Source of the DNA: Gaiellaceae bacterium
GTDB taxonomy: Bacteria > Actinomycetota > Thermoleophilia > Gaiellales > Gaiellaceae
Reading direction: 5' to 3'
Assembly: GCA_035709545.1 (NCBI GenBank)
Contig: DASTEM010000254.1
Coordinates: forward strand, 1 to 39,539
Length of the DNA: 39,539 nucleotides
Shown here: positions 1 to 8,637 of the stretch, one piece after another
How positions within the stretch are numbered: position 1 is the first letter of the stretch
Layout of the letters: every line of letters begins with the position of its first letter
The notes under the pieces: model-generated
Told to the model about the DNA's origin: nothing
The model's input: only the letters and a program-made list of their open reading frames with translations
The model's database searches: none
Program-made: the position numbers and the translations under genes

Positions 1-2
1 CC

Positions 3-230
3 GAGCACGGTCTCGAGCAGGCGGAGGTCTGCCTCGAGCTTGCCGACGGCTCGCGGCACGTGCTGGCGACGGCCACGGCCGAGCCCGGGTTCGGGTTCTT
101 CTCGATCACGCCGCATCGAGCGGAAGGAGTCGAGCCGCGGCGCGTCATCGTCCCGATCGGTGCGGTGAAGTGGATCGAGATCTCGGCGCCCGACCCGGAG
201 CGCCCGTTCGGCTTCACGGCGATGGACTAG
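3..230 (+). CDS. 3' end of a CDS entering from upstream of the window (hypothetical protein, last 75 codons)
   Basis: Frame is open from the window edge to TAG 228-230. Translation ends ...IVPIGAVKWIEISAPDPERPFGFTAMD. GC3-rich codons, no recognisable motif. Confidence 0.35.
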   Translation, partial: EHGLEQAEVCLELADGSRHVLATATAEPGFGFFSITPHRAEGVEPRRVIVPIGAVKWIEISAPDPERPFGFTAMD

Positions 231-336
231 GGAATCCGCCGCGCCTTCCGGCTGACGTCGCAGGGGCGCCGCGAGCGCCGTCAGCGGGTCGCGGAGGCCG
301 GCTCCGCCGGGCGGGAGCGACCCGCGGCCTGCGGCG

Positions 337-792
337 TCAGCCGCGGTACTGAAGCTCGCGCCAGGAAGGAACCGGCGCGAGCTCGAGCAGCGTCCGACCG
401 CCCTGAGGCTCGGCATAGCCGAAGTCCGCGGTGTCGTCGAGCCACGACACGTCGAGCAGGCCCTCCTTGACGCGGTGGTCGAGCCACGCACCTCGGAAGA
501 CGAGCTTGCGAAGCCAGTAGACGAGCGACTCGCCCTCGACGAGCGAGAGCCGCTCCCAGTGCCGGACGAGGTAAAGCCCAAGCCCGCTTCGGGGATCGAC
601 GATCCGGCCGTCGGCGACGAGCTCGACGAGGTCGGCGGCCTCGTCGTCGTCGAGGTCGTTCGAGCCGATGAGGCCGAGCCGTACGCCGGCCGCCGTAACG
701 CGCTCTTCGAAATCCTTTGCGCCGAACTCGAACCGGTGGCCGAGGAACTCGACGACGAAGTCGTCGCCGGAGCGGTAGTTGGCCGCGAGCAT
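337..792 (-). CDS. hypothetical protein (151 aa)
   Basis: ATG-started ORF with balanced, acidic, protein-like composition, unlike the Arg/Ser-rich off-frame ORFs. A TACCCT hexamer lies 7 nt upstream of the ATG. No motif recognised. Confidence 0.6.
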   Translation of the reverse strand: MLAANYRSGDDFVVEFLGHRFEFGAKDFEERVTAAGVRLGLIGSNDLDDDEAADLVELVADGRIVDPRSGLGLYLVRHWERLSLVEGESLVYWLRKLVFRGAWLDHRVKEGLLDVSWLDDTADFGYAEPQGGRTLLELAPVPSWRELQYRG

Positions 793-799
793 CGCGCTC

Positions 800-805
800 A
801 GGGTA
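800..805 (-). promoter_or_regulatory. -10-like hexamer TACCCT, leaderless geometry for CDS 337..792
   Basis: TANNNT hexamer on the minus strand, 7 nt upstream of ATG 792. Confidence 0.35.
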
Positions 806-807
806 TC

Positions 808-813
808 TACGCT
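808..813 (+). promoter_or_regulatory. -10-like hexamer TACGCT, leaderless geometry for CDS 821..1024
   Basis: TANNNT hexamer 7 nt upstream of GTG 821. It sits back-to-back with the minus-strand hexamer at 800-805. Confidence 0.35.
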
Positions 814-820
814 TCGCGAC

Positions 821-1024
821 GTGAATCAGTGGAAGCTCGTCCTGGCGATGTCCGTCGTCGTCCTCGCGATCTGGCTGGGCGGCGCCGCTGTCACGAAGTA
901 CTCGCTCGAGCAGATGGCGTTCGTCACGCCGATTGCAGTCGTCGTGGTCGGAGCCACGGTGGGGATCGTGCTCCTGTGGGTGAAGGTGGTCGCCGACTCG
1001 ATTCGCCGCCGCGGCGGGGGTTAG
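821..1024 (+). CDS. small membrane protein (67 aa, two predicted TM helices)
   Basis: Hydrophobic stretches LVLAMSVVVLAIWLGGAAV and VTPIAVVVVGATVGIVLLWV. GTG 821 is preferred over TTG 779 because 779 overlaps the divergent gene and GTG 821 has the TANNNT+7 geometry. Confidence 0.5.
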   Translation: MNQWKLVLAMSVVVLAIWLGGAAVTKYSLEQMAFVTPIAVVVVGATVGIVLLWVKVVADSIRRRGGG

Positions 1025-1214
1025 ATGCTTGAACGGAAATTCACGCCGGCCGGATGACGGCCACGACAATGCGCCGGATCGCCACCCTCGCGCGTCGCAC
1101 AGGCTTCTAGCCTGCACGACGCGTAAGTGCGGACGCCCGGCTTGGTGGTGACCGCCCCCGGCTGCGCGCCAACTTCCGATCAACCAACTCGCGGAAGCCG
1201 TCCGGAGGCGCCCG

Positions 1215-1220
1215 TACCGT
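1215..1220 (+). promoter_or_regulatory. -10-like hexamer TACCGT, leaderless geometry for recJ
   Basis: TANNNT hexamer 7 nt upstream of ATG 1228. Confidence 0.35.
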
Positions 1221-1227
1221 CCAACGA

Positions 1228-3102
1228 ATGCACGGTGCGTGGACGATCGCCCCCTTCGATGCTCGGGCTGCGACGGAGCTAGCGCAAGAGTTGGAGCTGA
1301 GCGACGTCGCGGCGTCTGTGCTCGCGCGCCGCGGATATGCCGAGCCTGACGCGGCGCGGCGGTTCCTCGACGCCGAGCTTCCGGGCCATGACCCCATGCT
1401 TCTCGGCGACATGGCGCTGGCCGTAGAGCGGATCCGCGCAGCGGTCGAGCGCGGCTCTCGCATCTGCGTGCACGGCGATTACGACGTCGACGGCATCTGT
1501 GCGACGGCGCTGGCCGTCCTCTACCTGCGCGAGCTCGAGGCCGATGTCGTCTGGCACCTTCCGAGTCGGTTCGAGGAGGGCTACGGGGTGTCGAGCGAGA
1601 CACTCGATCGTCTGGCGGACGAGGGGGTCGGGCTCGTTCTGACGGTCGACTGCGGCATCACGGCTGTCGCCGAGATCGCTGCGGCCAAGGAGAGCGGGCT
1701 CGAAGTCGTGGTGACCGACCACCACAGACCGGGAAGCGCCTTGCCCGACTGCCCGGTCGTCGCGACGAGGCCGTCGTCGTATCCGTTTCCCGAGCTCTGC
1801 GGGACCGGCGTCGTGCACAAGCTCGGCGAGGCGTTGCTCGGCACCGACCACCCCGCGGTGCGCCGGCACCTCGACCTCGTTGCCCTTGCGACCATCGCCG
1901 ACGTCGTCCCGCTCGTGGACGAGAATCGCGCGCTCGCCTCCGCCGGACTACGGGCCCTCGCGAGCACGCGCCGCGTCGGCCTCCAGGCGCTCATGCGTAG
2001 CGCGCAAGTCGATCCTGCGGCGGTGGACTCCGGCGCAGTCGCGTTCCGGCTTGCGCCGCGCATCAACGCTGCGGGGAGGCTCTGTCGCCCGGACGTCGCC
2101 CTCGAGCTCGTGCTCACCGAGGACGCTGACGAGGCTCGTCGACTCGCTATCGAGCTCGAGGATCTGAACCGCAAGCGGCAGGGAGTCGAGGAACGGATCG
2201 TGCGCGAGGCGACCGCCATCGTCGAGGCGATGCCGGAGCCGAGTCGACGCAGGCGTGGCTACGTGCTCTGGCGCGAGGAGTGGCACGAGGGAGTTATCGG
2301 GATCGTCGCCTCGCGGCTTGTCGAGCGCTTCAATCGGCCCGTTGTCCTCATCGCGGGATCGCACGACGGCTGGAAGGGCTCCGGGCGGTCGGTCGCGCAG
2401 TTCGATCTCCACGCTGCGCTCGGCGTTTGTGCGGAGCATTTGCTGCGCTACGGCGGTCATCGGGCGGCGGCGGGGCTCTCCATCGACCCGGCGCAGCTCG
2501 AAGCGTTCGCGGCGTCATTTGCGGCTTACGCGGACGCGCAGCTCACGCCGGACGATCTCTACGAGCCGACGGTCGTGGACGCAGTTGTCTCGGCCGAGGA
2601 TCTCACGCTCGACCTCGCGCAGGAGTTGGAGCGCCTCGCACCGTTCGGGCTCGGGAACCCCGACGTGACGCTGCTCGTCCCGGCGACGCAGCCGCTGACG
2701 CCCTCGACGGTCGGTGACGGGAAGCACCTTCGCTTTCGAGTGCGCCAGCAGGGACGTGACGCCGGGACCGCGATCGCCTTCGGGCAAGGTGGACAGCTCG
2801 ACCGGCTGCGTGCCGAAGGGCTCTTCGACGTCGCGTGCCGGCTCAAGCAGAACCATTGGAACGGAACCGTCTCGCCACAGCTCGTCGTTCGCCGCATCTT
2901 CGACACCCCGGACGGTTACGAGGACCTTCGGACGGAACTGGTCGAGATCTGGCGCCGAGGGGAGTCGTCGTGGACACCCGAGGCAAGACGCATCTTCGGC
3001 GAGCTCGGGCTCGGCGGCGAGCCGGCCCGCCGTCGTCAACTACTCGAGTCCGAGTCGTTCCGAGCGCTGCTCGAGCACGCCGCGTTGCCGCAGGCGGCGT
3101 AG
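1228..3102 (+). CDS. recJ: single-stranded-DNA-specific exonuclease RecJ
   Basis: 624-aa ORF with DHH-family motifs HGDYDVDG, TVDCG and VVVTDHHRP, plus the DHHA1 motif GGHRAAAG. Length and C-terminal extension fit RecJ. Confidence 0.9.
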   Translation: MHGAWTIAPFDARAATELAQELELSDVAASVLARRGYAEPDAARRFLDAELPGHDPMLLGDMALAVERIRAAVERGSRICVHGDYDVDGICATALAVLYLRELEADVVWHLPSRFEEGYGVSSETLDRLADEGVGLVLTVDCGITAVAEIAAAKESGLEVVVTDHHRPGSALPDCPVVATRPSSYPFPELCGTGVVHKLGEALLGTDHPAVRRHLDLVALATIADVVPLVDENRALASAGLRALASTRRVGLQALMRSAQVDPAAVDSGAVAFRLAPRINAAGRLCRPDVALELVLTEDADEARRLAIELEDLNRKRQGVEERIVREATAIVEAMPEPSRRRRGYVLWREEWHEGVIGIVASRLVERFNRPVVLIAGSHDGWKGSGRSVAQFDLHAALGVCAEHLLRYGGHRAAAGLSIDPAQLEAFAASFAAYADAQLTPDDLYEPTVVDAVVSAEDLTLDLAQELERLAPFGLGNPDVTLLVPATQPLTPSTVGDGKHLRFRVRQQGRDAGTAIAFGQGGQLDRLRAEGLFDVACRLKQNHWNGTVSPQLVVRRIFDTPDGYEDLRTELVEIWRRGESSWTPEARRIFGELGLGGEPARRRQLLESESFRALLEHAALPQAA

Positions 3103-3273
3103 GTTCAGCCGAGTCCGGGGCGAGATGGGACGAGCGCGTCACGCATGACGAGTGCTAGCCGCCGCGCGTTTCGCTGCCGGAGCCATCGTCGAAAGGCGCC
3201 CATGCGGAGGCGAGTTCGTCGCCGAATCGCCTGCTCCTCTCCCGCGTAAGGAGGGGTCGAGAAGCCCGCTCAG

Positions 3274-3279
3274 TACACT
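3274..3279 (+). promoter_or_regulatory. -10-like hexamer TACACT, leaderless geometry for rel
   Basis: TANNNT hexamer 7 nt upstream of ATG 3287. Confidence 0.35.
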
Positions 3280-3286
3280 GAGTTCG

Positions 3287-5491
3287 ATGAGCGTCCTCGA
3301 CGCCAAGCGCCACCATGAAGACCTCGTCGAGGAGTTGATCGCCGAGGTCGAGGCTTACAACGTCGACGTCGACAAGGACCTGCTCCGCCGCGCATTCGAG
3401 TTCGCGGAGCGCGCGCACGCCGGCCAGACGCGTCGTTCGGGCGAGGAGTTCATCCACCACCCGCTCGGCGTTGCGCGCGTGTGCGCGGAGCTGCACCTCG
3501 ACGAGCAGACGATCGCCGCCGCTCTCCTGCACGATGTCGTCGAGGACACGGGCGCCGATCTCGAGGAGCTGCGCGCCGAGTTCGGCGGCGACATCGCGCT
3601 CCTGGTCGAAGGCGTGACGAAGCTGACGCGGATCAGCTTCCAGAGCCGCGAGCAGGCCGAGGCCGAGAACTACCGCAAGATGATCGTCGCGATGGCGCAG
3701 GACGTCCGCGTCATCCTCATCAAGCTCGCCGACCGCCTGCACAACATGCGCACGATCGAGTACCAGACGAAGCAGAAGCAGGCCCAGAAGGCGCGTGAGA
3801 CGCTCGAGGTCTACGCCCCGCTTGCACATCGCCTCGGGATCCACGCTCTCAAGTGGGAGCTCGAGGACCTAGCGTTCCAGACCCTCCATCCCCGGAAGTA
3901 CGCGGAGATCAAGGCGATGGTGGCCGACCAGCGGGCCGACCGCGAGGCACAGGCGGATAAGGCTGCCGAGATCCTCGGGCTCGAGCTGCACAAGGCGGAC
4001 GTCCCGGCGGACATCTCAGCGCGCGCCAAGCACCTCTACTCGATCTACGACAAGATGGCCAAGCGCGGCCGCGAGTTCAACGAGATCTACGACCTGACGG
4101 CGATTCGCGTCATCTGCGAGCGATCGGCGGAGGAAGGGACGCGCGACTGCTACGCCGCGCTCGGGCTCGTGCACTCGTTGTGGAAGCCGATGCCGGGGCG
4201 GTTCAAGGACTTCATCGCGATGCCGAAGCTCAACCGCTACCGCTCACTACACACGACCGTCATCGGGCCGGAGGGCAAGCCTCTCGAGATCCAGGTCCGG
4301 ACGCGCGACATGCACGAGGAGGCCGAGTTCGGCGTCGCTGCGCACTGGCTGTACAAGGGCGGCAAGGCCTCGAAGGCGGACGACGAATGGCTGACGTGGG
4401 TCAAGTCGCTCATGGACTGGCAAGCCGACGAACAGGACCCGGGCGAGTACATGCGGAGCCTTCGTACGGACCTCTTCGACGACGAGGTGTACGTCTTCAC
4501 GCCGAAGGGCGAGGTGAAGGTGCTGCCCTCAGGAGGCACGCCGATCGACTTCGCGTACGCGGTTCACACGGACGTCGGGCATCGCACAGTGGGAGCGAAG
4601 GTGAACGGCCGCATCGTGCCGCTCCACTACCGCCTCAAGAGCGGCGACTTCGTGGAGATCTTGACGACCAAGTCCGGTCGCGGCCCTTCGAGGGACTGGC
4701 TCGCGCTCGTCAAGTCATCGAGAGCGCGCAACAAGATCCGGCAGTGGTACCAGCGCGAGACCCGAGGAGAGACCGAGGCGAAGGGGCGCGAGCTCCTCGA
4801 CCAGGCGCTGAAGGCGCAGAAGCTCCCGTACCGAAAGCTTCAGGGGTCGAGCGTTCTCGCGCAGGTGATCCGAGAGACCGGGTTCAAGAAGGCCGAGGAC
4901 TTCTACGTCGCCCTCGGCGCAGGAAAGCTTCCGCCGGCGCAGATCGTCAACAAGGTCCTCCAGCGCCTGAAGACCGACGAGGGTGTCGCCGAGCCCGTCG
5001 TCACCACCAAGCCGGCGCGTGCCAAGACCGCGGTCGACAGCGGCAGCCTCGGGATCAGCGTCATCGGAGTCGAGGACGTGCTCGTCCGGCTCGCGAAGTG
5101 CTGTACGCCGGTTCCGGGAGACTCGATCGTCGGCTACATCTCGATGGGGCGGGGTATCACGGTTCATCGAGGGGACTGCCCGAACGTGCGGGCGCTACAG
5201 CGAAATCCCGAGCGCTTCACGCCGGTGGAGTGGGAGGGGGGCGCATCTGCGGGGTTCCTCGTGCAGATCGCGGTCGATGCATGGGATCGCGCCCGTCTGC
5301 TCGAGGACGTCGCGCGCACGTTCGCCGAGCACGGTGCGAACATCGTGTCCTACGGCGGTGTCGTCGAGGACGGCATGGCGCGCAACTGGTACACCGCCGA
5401 GGTGGGGGACGTGAAGGAGCTCCGTTCGCTCCTCACCGCCCTGCGTAACCTCGACGCGGTCTTCGACGCGTATCGCGTTACGCCGTCCTGA
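3287..5491 (+). CDS. rel: bifunctional (p)ppGpp synthetase/hydrolase, RelA/SpoT family
   Basis: HD hydrolase motifs HHPLGVA and LLHDVVEDT. Synthetase region has RFKDFIAMPKLNRYRSLHTTV. TGS region has VYVFTPKGEVKVLPSGGTPIDFAYAVHTDVG. ACT-like C-terminus. Start set at ATG 3287; the ORF-track start at 3152 adds a low-complexity leader. Confidence 0.93.
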   Translation: MSVLDAKRHHEDLVEELIAEVEAYNVDVDKDLLRRAFEFAERAHAGQTRRSGEEFIHHPLGVARVCAELHLDEQTIAAALLHDVVEDTGADLEELRAEFGGDIALLVEGVTKLTRISFQSREQAEAENYRKMIVAMAQDVRVILIKLADRLHNMRTIEYQTKQKQAQKARETLEVYAPLAHRLGIHALKWELEDLAFQTLHPRKYAEIKAMVADQRADREAQADKAAEILGLELHKADVPADISARAKHLYSIYDKMAKRGREFNEIYDLTAIRVICERSAEEGTRDCYAALGLVHSLWKPMPGRFKDFIAMPKLNRYRSLHTTVIGPEGKPLEIQVRTRDMHEEAEFGVAAHWLYKGGKASKADDEWLTWVKSLMDWQADEQDPGEYMRSLRTDLFDDEVYVFTPKGEVKVLPSGGTPIDFAYAVHTDVGHRTVGAKVNGRIVPLHYRLKSGDFVEILTTKSGRGPSRDWLALVKSSRARNKIRQWYQRETRGETEAKGRELLDQALKAQKLPYRKLQGSSVLAQVIRETGFKKAEDFYVALGAGKLPPAQIVNKVLQRLKTDEGVAEPVVTTKPARAKTAVDSGSLGISVIGVEDVLVRLAKCCTPVPGDSIVGYISMGRGITVHRGDCPNVRALQRNPERFTPVEWEGGASAGFLVQIAVDAWDRARLLEDVARTFAEHGANIVSYGGVVEDGMARNWYTAEVGDVKELRSLLTALRNLDAVFDAYRVTPS

Positions 5492-5573
5492 GCGCCAAGG
5501 ATGCCTTGCTTAAGCCAGGCACCAGCCTTCAGCTCGCCGGAGCGCGCCAGTTCCGATCAAGTATCACGTCGAG

Positions 5574-6020
5574 TCAGCCCTTCGTCCCCTCGAGAAGCCG
5601 CTTGAGCTGCGCGAGGTCCTTGCGGTTCGCCCGTCGCATCCCGCTTGCCATCATCGGCGCAGCCACGCAAGAGAAGCCGGATGGCTTTCCGCGATTGCGG
5701 AGAGCCATCTTCGTATGGCCCGGCGCCGTCTCCGTCCACGTGTAGGTCGTCTCCATCGCGAAGGGACCATCGTCGGTGCTCATGACGAGCCGTTCGCCCG
5801 GAGCGTGCTCCCTCACCGCGTACGTGTAGACGAGGCGCCGGCCGAGGAAACGCGCGACGAAGGCGATTTTCGAGCCGACGGTCAGCGGCGGCTCGGTGCG
5901 CCACTCGACACTCTCGATGTTCTCGTACCAGGCGGTCGCGTTCGCCGGATCGGCCGCGAAGGCGGCGACCTCGTCGAGTGGCCGCTTGATCTCGATCTCG
6001 GTCAGGACGTCTACGGGCAT
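5574..6020 (-). CDS. SRPBCC (START/polyketide cyclase-dehydrase-like) family protein
   Basis: 148 aa. The N-terminus (IEIKRPLDEVAAFAADPANATAWY) and overall pattern are typical of SRPBCC ligand-binding proteins. It starts 4 nt after the stop of the upstream cupin gene. Confidence 0.7.
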   Translation of the reverse strand: MPVDVLTEIEIKRPLDEVAAFAADPANATAWYENIESVEWRTEPPLTVGSKIAFVARFLGRRLVYTYAVREHAPGERLVMSTDDGPFAMETTYTWTETAPGHTKMALRNRGKPSGFSCVAAPMMASGMRRANRKDLAQLKRLLEGTKG

Positions 6021-6024
6021 GTCG

Positions 6025-6687
6025 TTACGCTGTCGGGCGTTGAGTGGCTAGCGGCCAGTCCGGATGCTCTCGGAGCTCCACGAAGTCATCGTCTTCCCGT
6101 GCCTGGTCGGCCCACTCGGGCTTGAGCTCGAGCGCGCGGCGAAGGTGTCCGAGCGCGTCAATGGGACGACCGGCAAGCGCTTCGGCGCACGCCAGGTTGT
6201 ACAGCGTGGCCGGGTGGTCGGGGCGTTTCTCGAGCGCGCTTGCGAGCGCGGTGGCGTAGGCGTCGAAGTTACCTGCCAGCCGCGACGGCTCGGCGGCGAA
6301 GACGTCCTCCCAAGGCGAGGGCTCGTACGCTTCGCCTCTCGGTCCGCCTACGGCCAGGACTGCGGTATGGGGCTCCGCAGCGACGGCGTGACGGCGTACC
6401 TCTGGCTCCCTGACGAAGACGACAGTGCCGGCGGGAGCGTCGAGCTCGTCGTCGTCCAGCGTGAAGCTCGCCCGGCCGGAGAGGACGATGTAGACCTCCT
6501 CGTGTCGAAGGGCCGTCTCGGTGTGCTCCTCGACGACGACGTCCCCTGTGTTCGGAGCTGCGTAGGCGTTGATGCCAAACGCGCCGACATCGAGTTTGCG
6601 TCGAATCGGTCTCCACAGCAGCGTCCCGTTGACAACCGGGATCGGCTCGATCTCGTCGATCCGGGCGCTTTGCCAACGATCGGCCAC
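6025..6687 (-). CDS. cupin domain protein with C-terminal TPR-like helical repeat
   Basis: Cupin-like core (VEEHTETALRHEEVYIVLSGRASFTLDD...GTVVFV) followed by LYNLACAEALAGRPIDALGHLRRALELKPEW. GTG start with a TACAGT hexamer 6 nt upstream. Confidence 0.65.
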   Translation of the reverse strand: MADRWQSARIDEIEPIPVVNGTLLWRPIRRKLDVGAFGINAYAAPNTGDVVVEEHTETALRHEEVYIVLSGRASFTLDDDELDAPAGTVVFVREPEVRRHAVAAEPHTAVLAVGGPRGEAYEPSPWEDVFAAEPSRLAGNFDAYATALASALEKRPDHPATLYNLACAEALAGRPIDALGHLRRALELKPEWADQAREDDDFVELREHPDWPLATQRPTA

Positions 6688-6693
6688 GCCGCG

Positions 6694-6699
6694 ACTGTA
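6694..6699 (-). promoter_or_regulatory. -10-like hexamer TACAGT, leaderless geometry for the cupin gene
   Basis: TANNNT hexamer on the minus strand, 6 nt upstream of GTG 6687. Confidence 0.35.
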
Positions 6700-6727
6700 G
6701 CCGCTTGGCTCTGGGCTACGAGGGCCG

Positions 6728-7834
6728 CTACGGCCGCACGGTCAGCGTGACTTCGACCGTACGCCGCTCACCGTCGCGGAGGAAGGTCACCCTCACGGTG
6801 TCGCCCGGGCGCCTCGCATCGACCGCACTCTGGAGTGCCGCTTCGGAGGTCACCTGCCGGCCCGCGAACTCGACGATAACGTCGCCTCCCGTCGGGCGTT
6901 CGAGCCCGTCGACGGTCCTGGTGCCGGTCGCCGCCTGGAGCCCCGCCTTCTCCGCCGGCGTGTCGCTTGTGACCTTGGTGATCGCGACGCCACCAGGTAC
7001 GGCGATCATCGTGATCCCGAGGTACGCGTGCCGGACCTCGCCGCTCTCGATCAGCTGCCTGGCAATCGAGCGAACGGTGTTCGACGGTATCGCGAAGCCG
7101 ACGCCGTCCGATCCGCCCGAGTCACTCTCGATCTGGGCGTTGACGCCGATCACGCGTCCCCGCCGATCGAGCAGTGGCCCTCCGGAGTTGCCGTGGTTGA
7201 TGGCAGCGTCGGTCTGAATCGTGTCTGTGATCGTGAAGTTGTTGGGGGCGGTCATCCGGCGGTGCAGCGCGCTGACGATGCCGCTCGTAATGGTTCCCTC
7301 CAGTCCGAAAGGGCTTCCCAATGCGAGTACCGAATCTCCGATTCCGACGGCGCTCGAGTCTCCGAACCGGAGTGGCTCGAGGAGCGATTCAGACGCGTCG
7401 ACTTTGATCACGGCCAGGTCTGTCGAGGGGTCGGTCCCGATGAGCTGTGCGGTGCGGACGGTTCCGCTCTGGAAACTCACCGTGATGGAGCCACCGGCCC
7501 CGACGACGTGCTGATTCGTGACGATGTGACCTTTGCGATCGACGACGAACCCGGAGCCCTGCGCGCGCGTCGCGGGATCGCCGAGCGACGAGCCTCCGGA
7601 CGTGACCGATATCTCGACGACTCCGGCGGACGCTCGATCGTAGATTTGTCCGATGGTCGGGTTGCCGCTCGCGGAAGCCGTCGGCTCCGCGCCGCTGACC
7701 GTCACCTGACGTACGACTGTCGGCGCCGCCTCGTCTTCGAGCACGGCGATGGCGGCTGCCCCGATGCCGATGCCGAGACCGAGCGCGGCGATGAGTCCGG
7801 CGACGACCAATGGTGTGCGTGAGCGAGTATCCAT
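6728..7834 (-). CDS. htrA: HtrA/DegP-family (S1C) serine protease with N-terminal membrane anchor and C-terminal PDZ domain
   Basis: Catalytic triad contexts TNQHVV, DLAVIKV and GNSGGPLLD. TM segment LVVAGLIAALGLGIGIGAAAIAV. PDZ-like region AYLGI...VTSDTPAEKAGLQ. Confidence 0.9.
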   Translation of the reverse strand: MDTRSRTPLVVAGLIAALGLGIGIGAAAIAVLEDEAAPTVVRQVTVSGAEPTASASGNPTIGQIYDRASAGVVEISVTSGGSSLGDPATRAQGSGFVVDRKGHIVTNQHVVGAGGSITVSFQSGTVRTAQLIGTDPSTDLAVIKVDASESLLEPLRFGDSSAVGIGDSVLALGSPFGLEGTITSGIVSALHRRMTAPNNFTITDTIQTDAAINHGNSGGPLLDRRGRVIGVNAQIESDSGGSDGVGFAIPSNTVRSIARQLIESGEVRHAYLGITMIAVPGGVAITKVTSDTPAEKAGLQAATGTRTVDGLERPTGGDVIVEFAGRQVTSEAALQSAVDARRPGDTVRVTFLRDGERRTVEVTLTVRP

Positions 7835-7890
7835 GACCGAGTCGACTCTCAGTGTGTCGGAATCGGGACGACTGGGGTTGAACGAACGCT

Positions 7891-7920
7891 GAGACTCGGC
7901 TAAGAACTCGCTAAGACTCC
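7891..7920 (+). promoter_or_regulatory. three phased direct repeats (AGACTC / AGAACTC / AGACTC, 11-bp period): candidate response-regulator boxes
   Basis: The sequence is gAGACTCggctaAGAACTCgctaAGACTCc. Repeat starts fall at 7892, 7903 and 7914. The array ends just upstream of where a -35 would lie for the CACAAT hexamer at 7945-7950. Confidence 0.4.
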
Positions 7921-7944
7921 CGTCCCCTGCCCCGGTCGAGCGCG

Positions 7945-7950
7945 CACAAT
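7945..7950 (+). promoter_or_regulatory. -10-like hexamer CACAAT, leaderless geometry for the response-regulator operon
   Basis: Hexamer lies 6 nt upstream of GTG 7957. It is a weaker match (C at position 1). There is no TTGACA-like -35, consistent with activator dependence. Confidence 0.3.
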
Positions 7951-7956
7951 GCGCGG

Positions 7957-8637
7957 GTGAAGATTCTCGTCGTCGACGACGAGCGAGCCGTGCGCGAGTC
8001 GCTTCGGCGTGCGCTCGAGCTCGAGGGCTACGAGGTCGAGCTCGCGTCCGACGGAGAGGAGGCGCTCGGTCGCCTCGCGCTCGAACCCCCTATCGACGCC
8101 GCGATTCTCGACATTCTCATGCCGGGCATCGACGGGCTCGAGGTATGCCGGCGCGTGCGTGCGAATCAGAATCCGATCCCCGTGCTGATGCTCACCGCGC
8201 GTGCGGAAGTGGACAACCGCGTGGCGGGACTTGACGCCGGCGCCGACGACTACCTTCCGAAACCGTTTGCTCTCGCCGAGTTGCTGGCGCGTGTCCGGGC
8301 TCTGCTGCGTCGCGCCGGGAACGGCCAGGTCGAAAGCGATGTCCTGAGCTTCGCGGATCTCGAGCTCGACCTCGGCACTCGCGAGGTCAGGCGTGGGGGG
8401 CGCCCGATCGAGCTGACGCGAACCGAGTTTTCCTTGCTCGAGCTTCTTCTCAGGAATCCACGCCAGGTCCTCACACGATCGATCATCTTCGAGCGGGTCT
8501 GGGGATTCGACTTCGGGCCGAGCTCCAACTCGCTCGATGTCTACATCGGCTATCTCCGCCGCAAGACCGAGGACGGGGGCGCGACGCGCCTCATCCACAC
8601 GGTGCGTGGCGTGGGCTACGCGCTTCGCGAGCGATGA
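7957..8637 (+). CDS. OmpR/PhoB-family response regulator (MprA/CssR-like)
   Basis: Receiver domain starts [16 protein letters not shown] with a DILMPGIDG phospho-acceptor context. Winged-helix C-terminus has [12 protein letters not shown] and [11 protein letters not shown] start. Confidence 0.92.
   Translation: MKILVVDDERAVRESLRRALELEGYEVELASDGEEALGRLALEPPIDAAILDILMPGIDGLEVCRRVRANQNPIPVLMLTARAEVDNRVAGLDAGADDYLPKPFALAELLARVRALLRRAGNGQVESDVLSFADLELDLGTREVRRGGRPIELTRTEFSLLELLLRNPRQVLTRSIIFERVWGFDFGPSSNSLDVYIGYLRRKTEDGGATRLIHTVRGVGYALRER

Noticed and set aside
1025-1214. 190-bp non-coding gap upstream of recJ, and the 185-bp gap between recJ and rel; both examined for riboswitch- or sRNA-like structure
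   Set aside because: Only short GC-rich stems expected by chance in this composition were seen, and no recognisable conserved riboswitch core. Nothing I can support.
281-1603. 440-aa minus-strand ORF spanning the small genes and the recJ 5' end
   Set aside because: Its composition is extremely Arg/Ala/Pro-rich. It lies antisense or out of frame to ORFs with normal composition and recognisable motifs. This is the typical artefact of long open frames in GC-rich DNA.
3152-3286. Longer rel start at 3152, and a strong SD-like GTAAGGAGGGG at 3247-3257
   Set aside because: No ATG, GTG or TTG lies at a usable distance downstream of the SD-like sequence in any frame. The added 45 residues are low-complexity. 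ATG 3287 has the TACACT+7 leaderless geometry.
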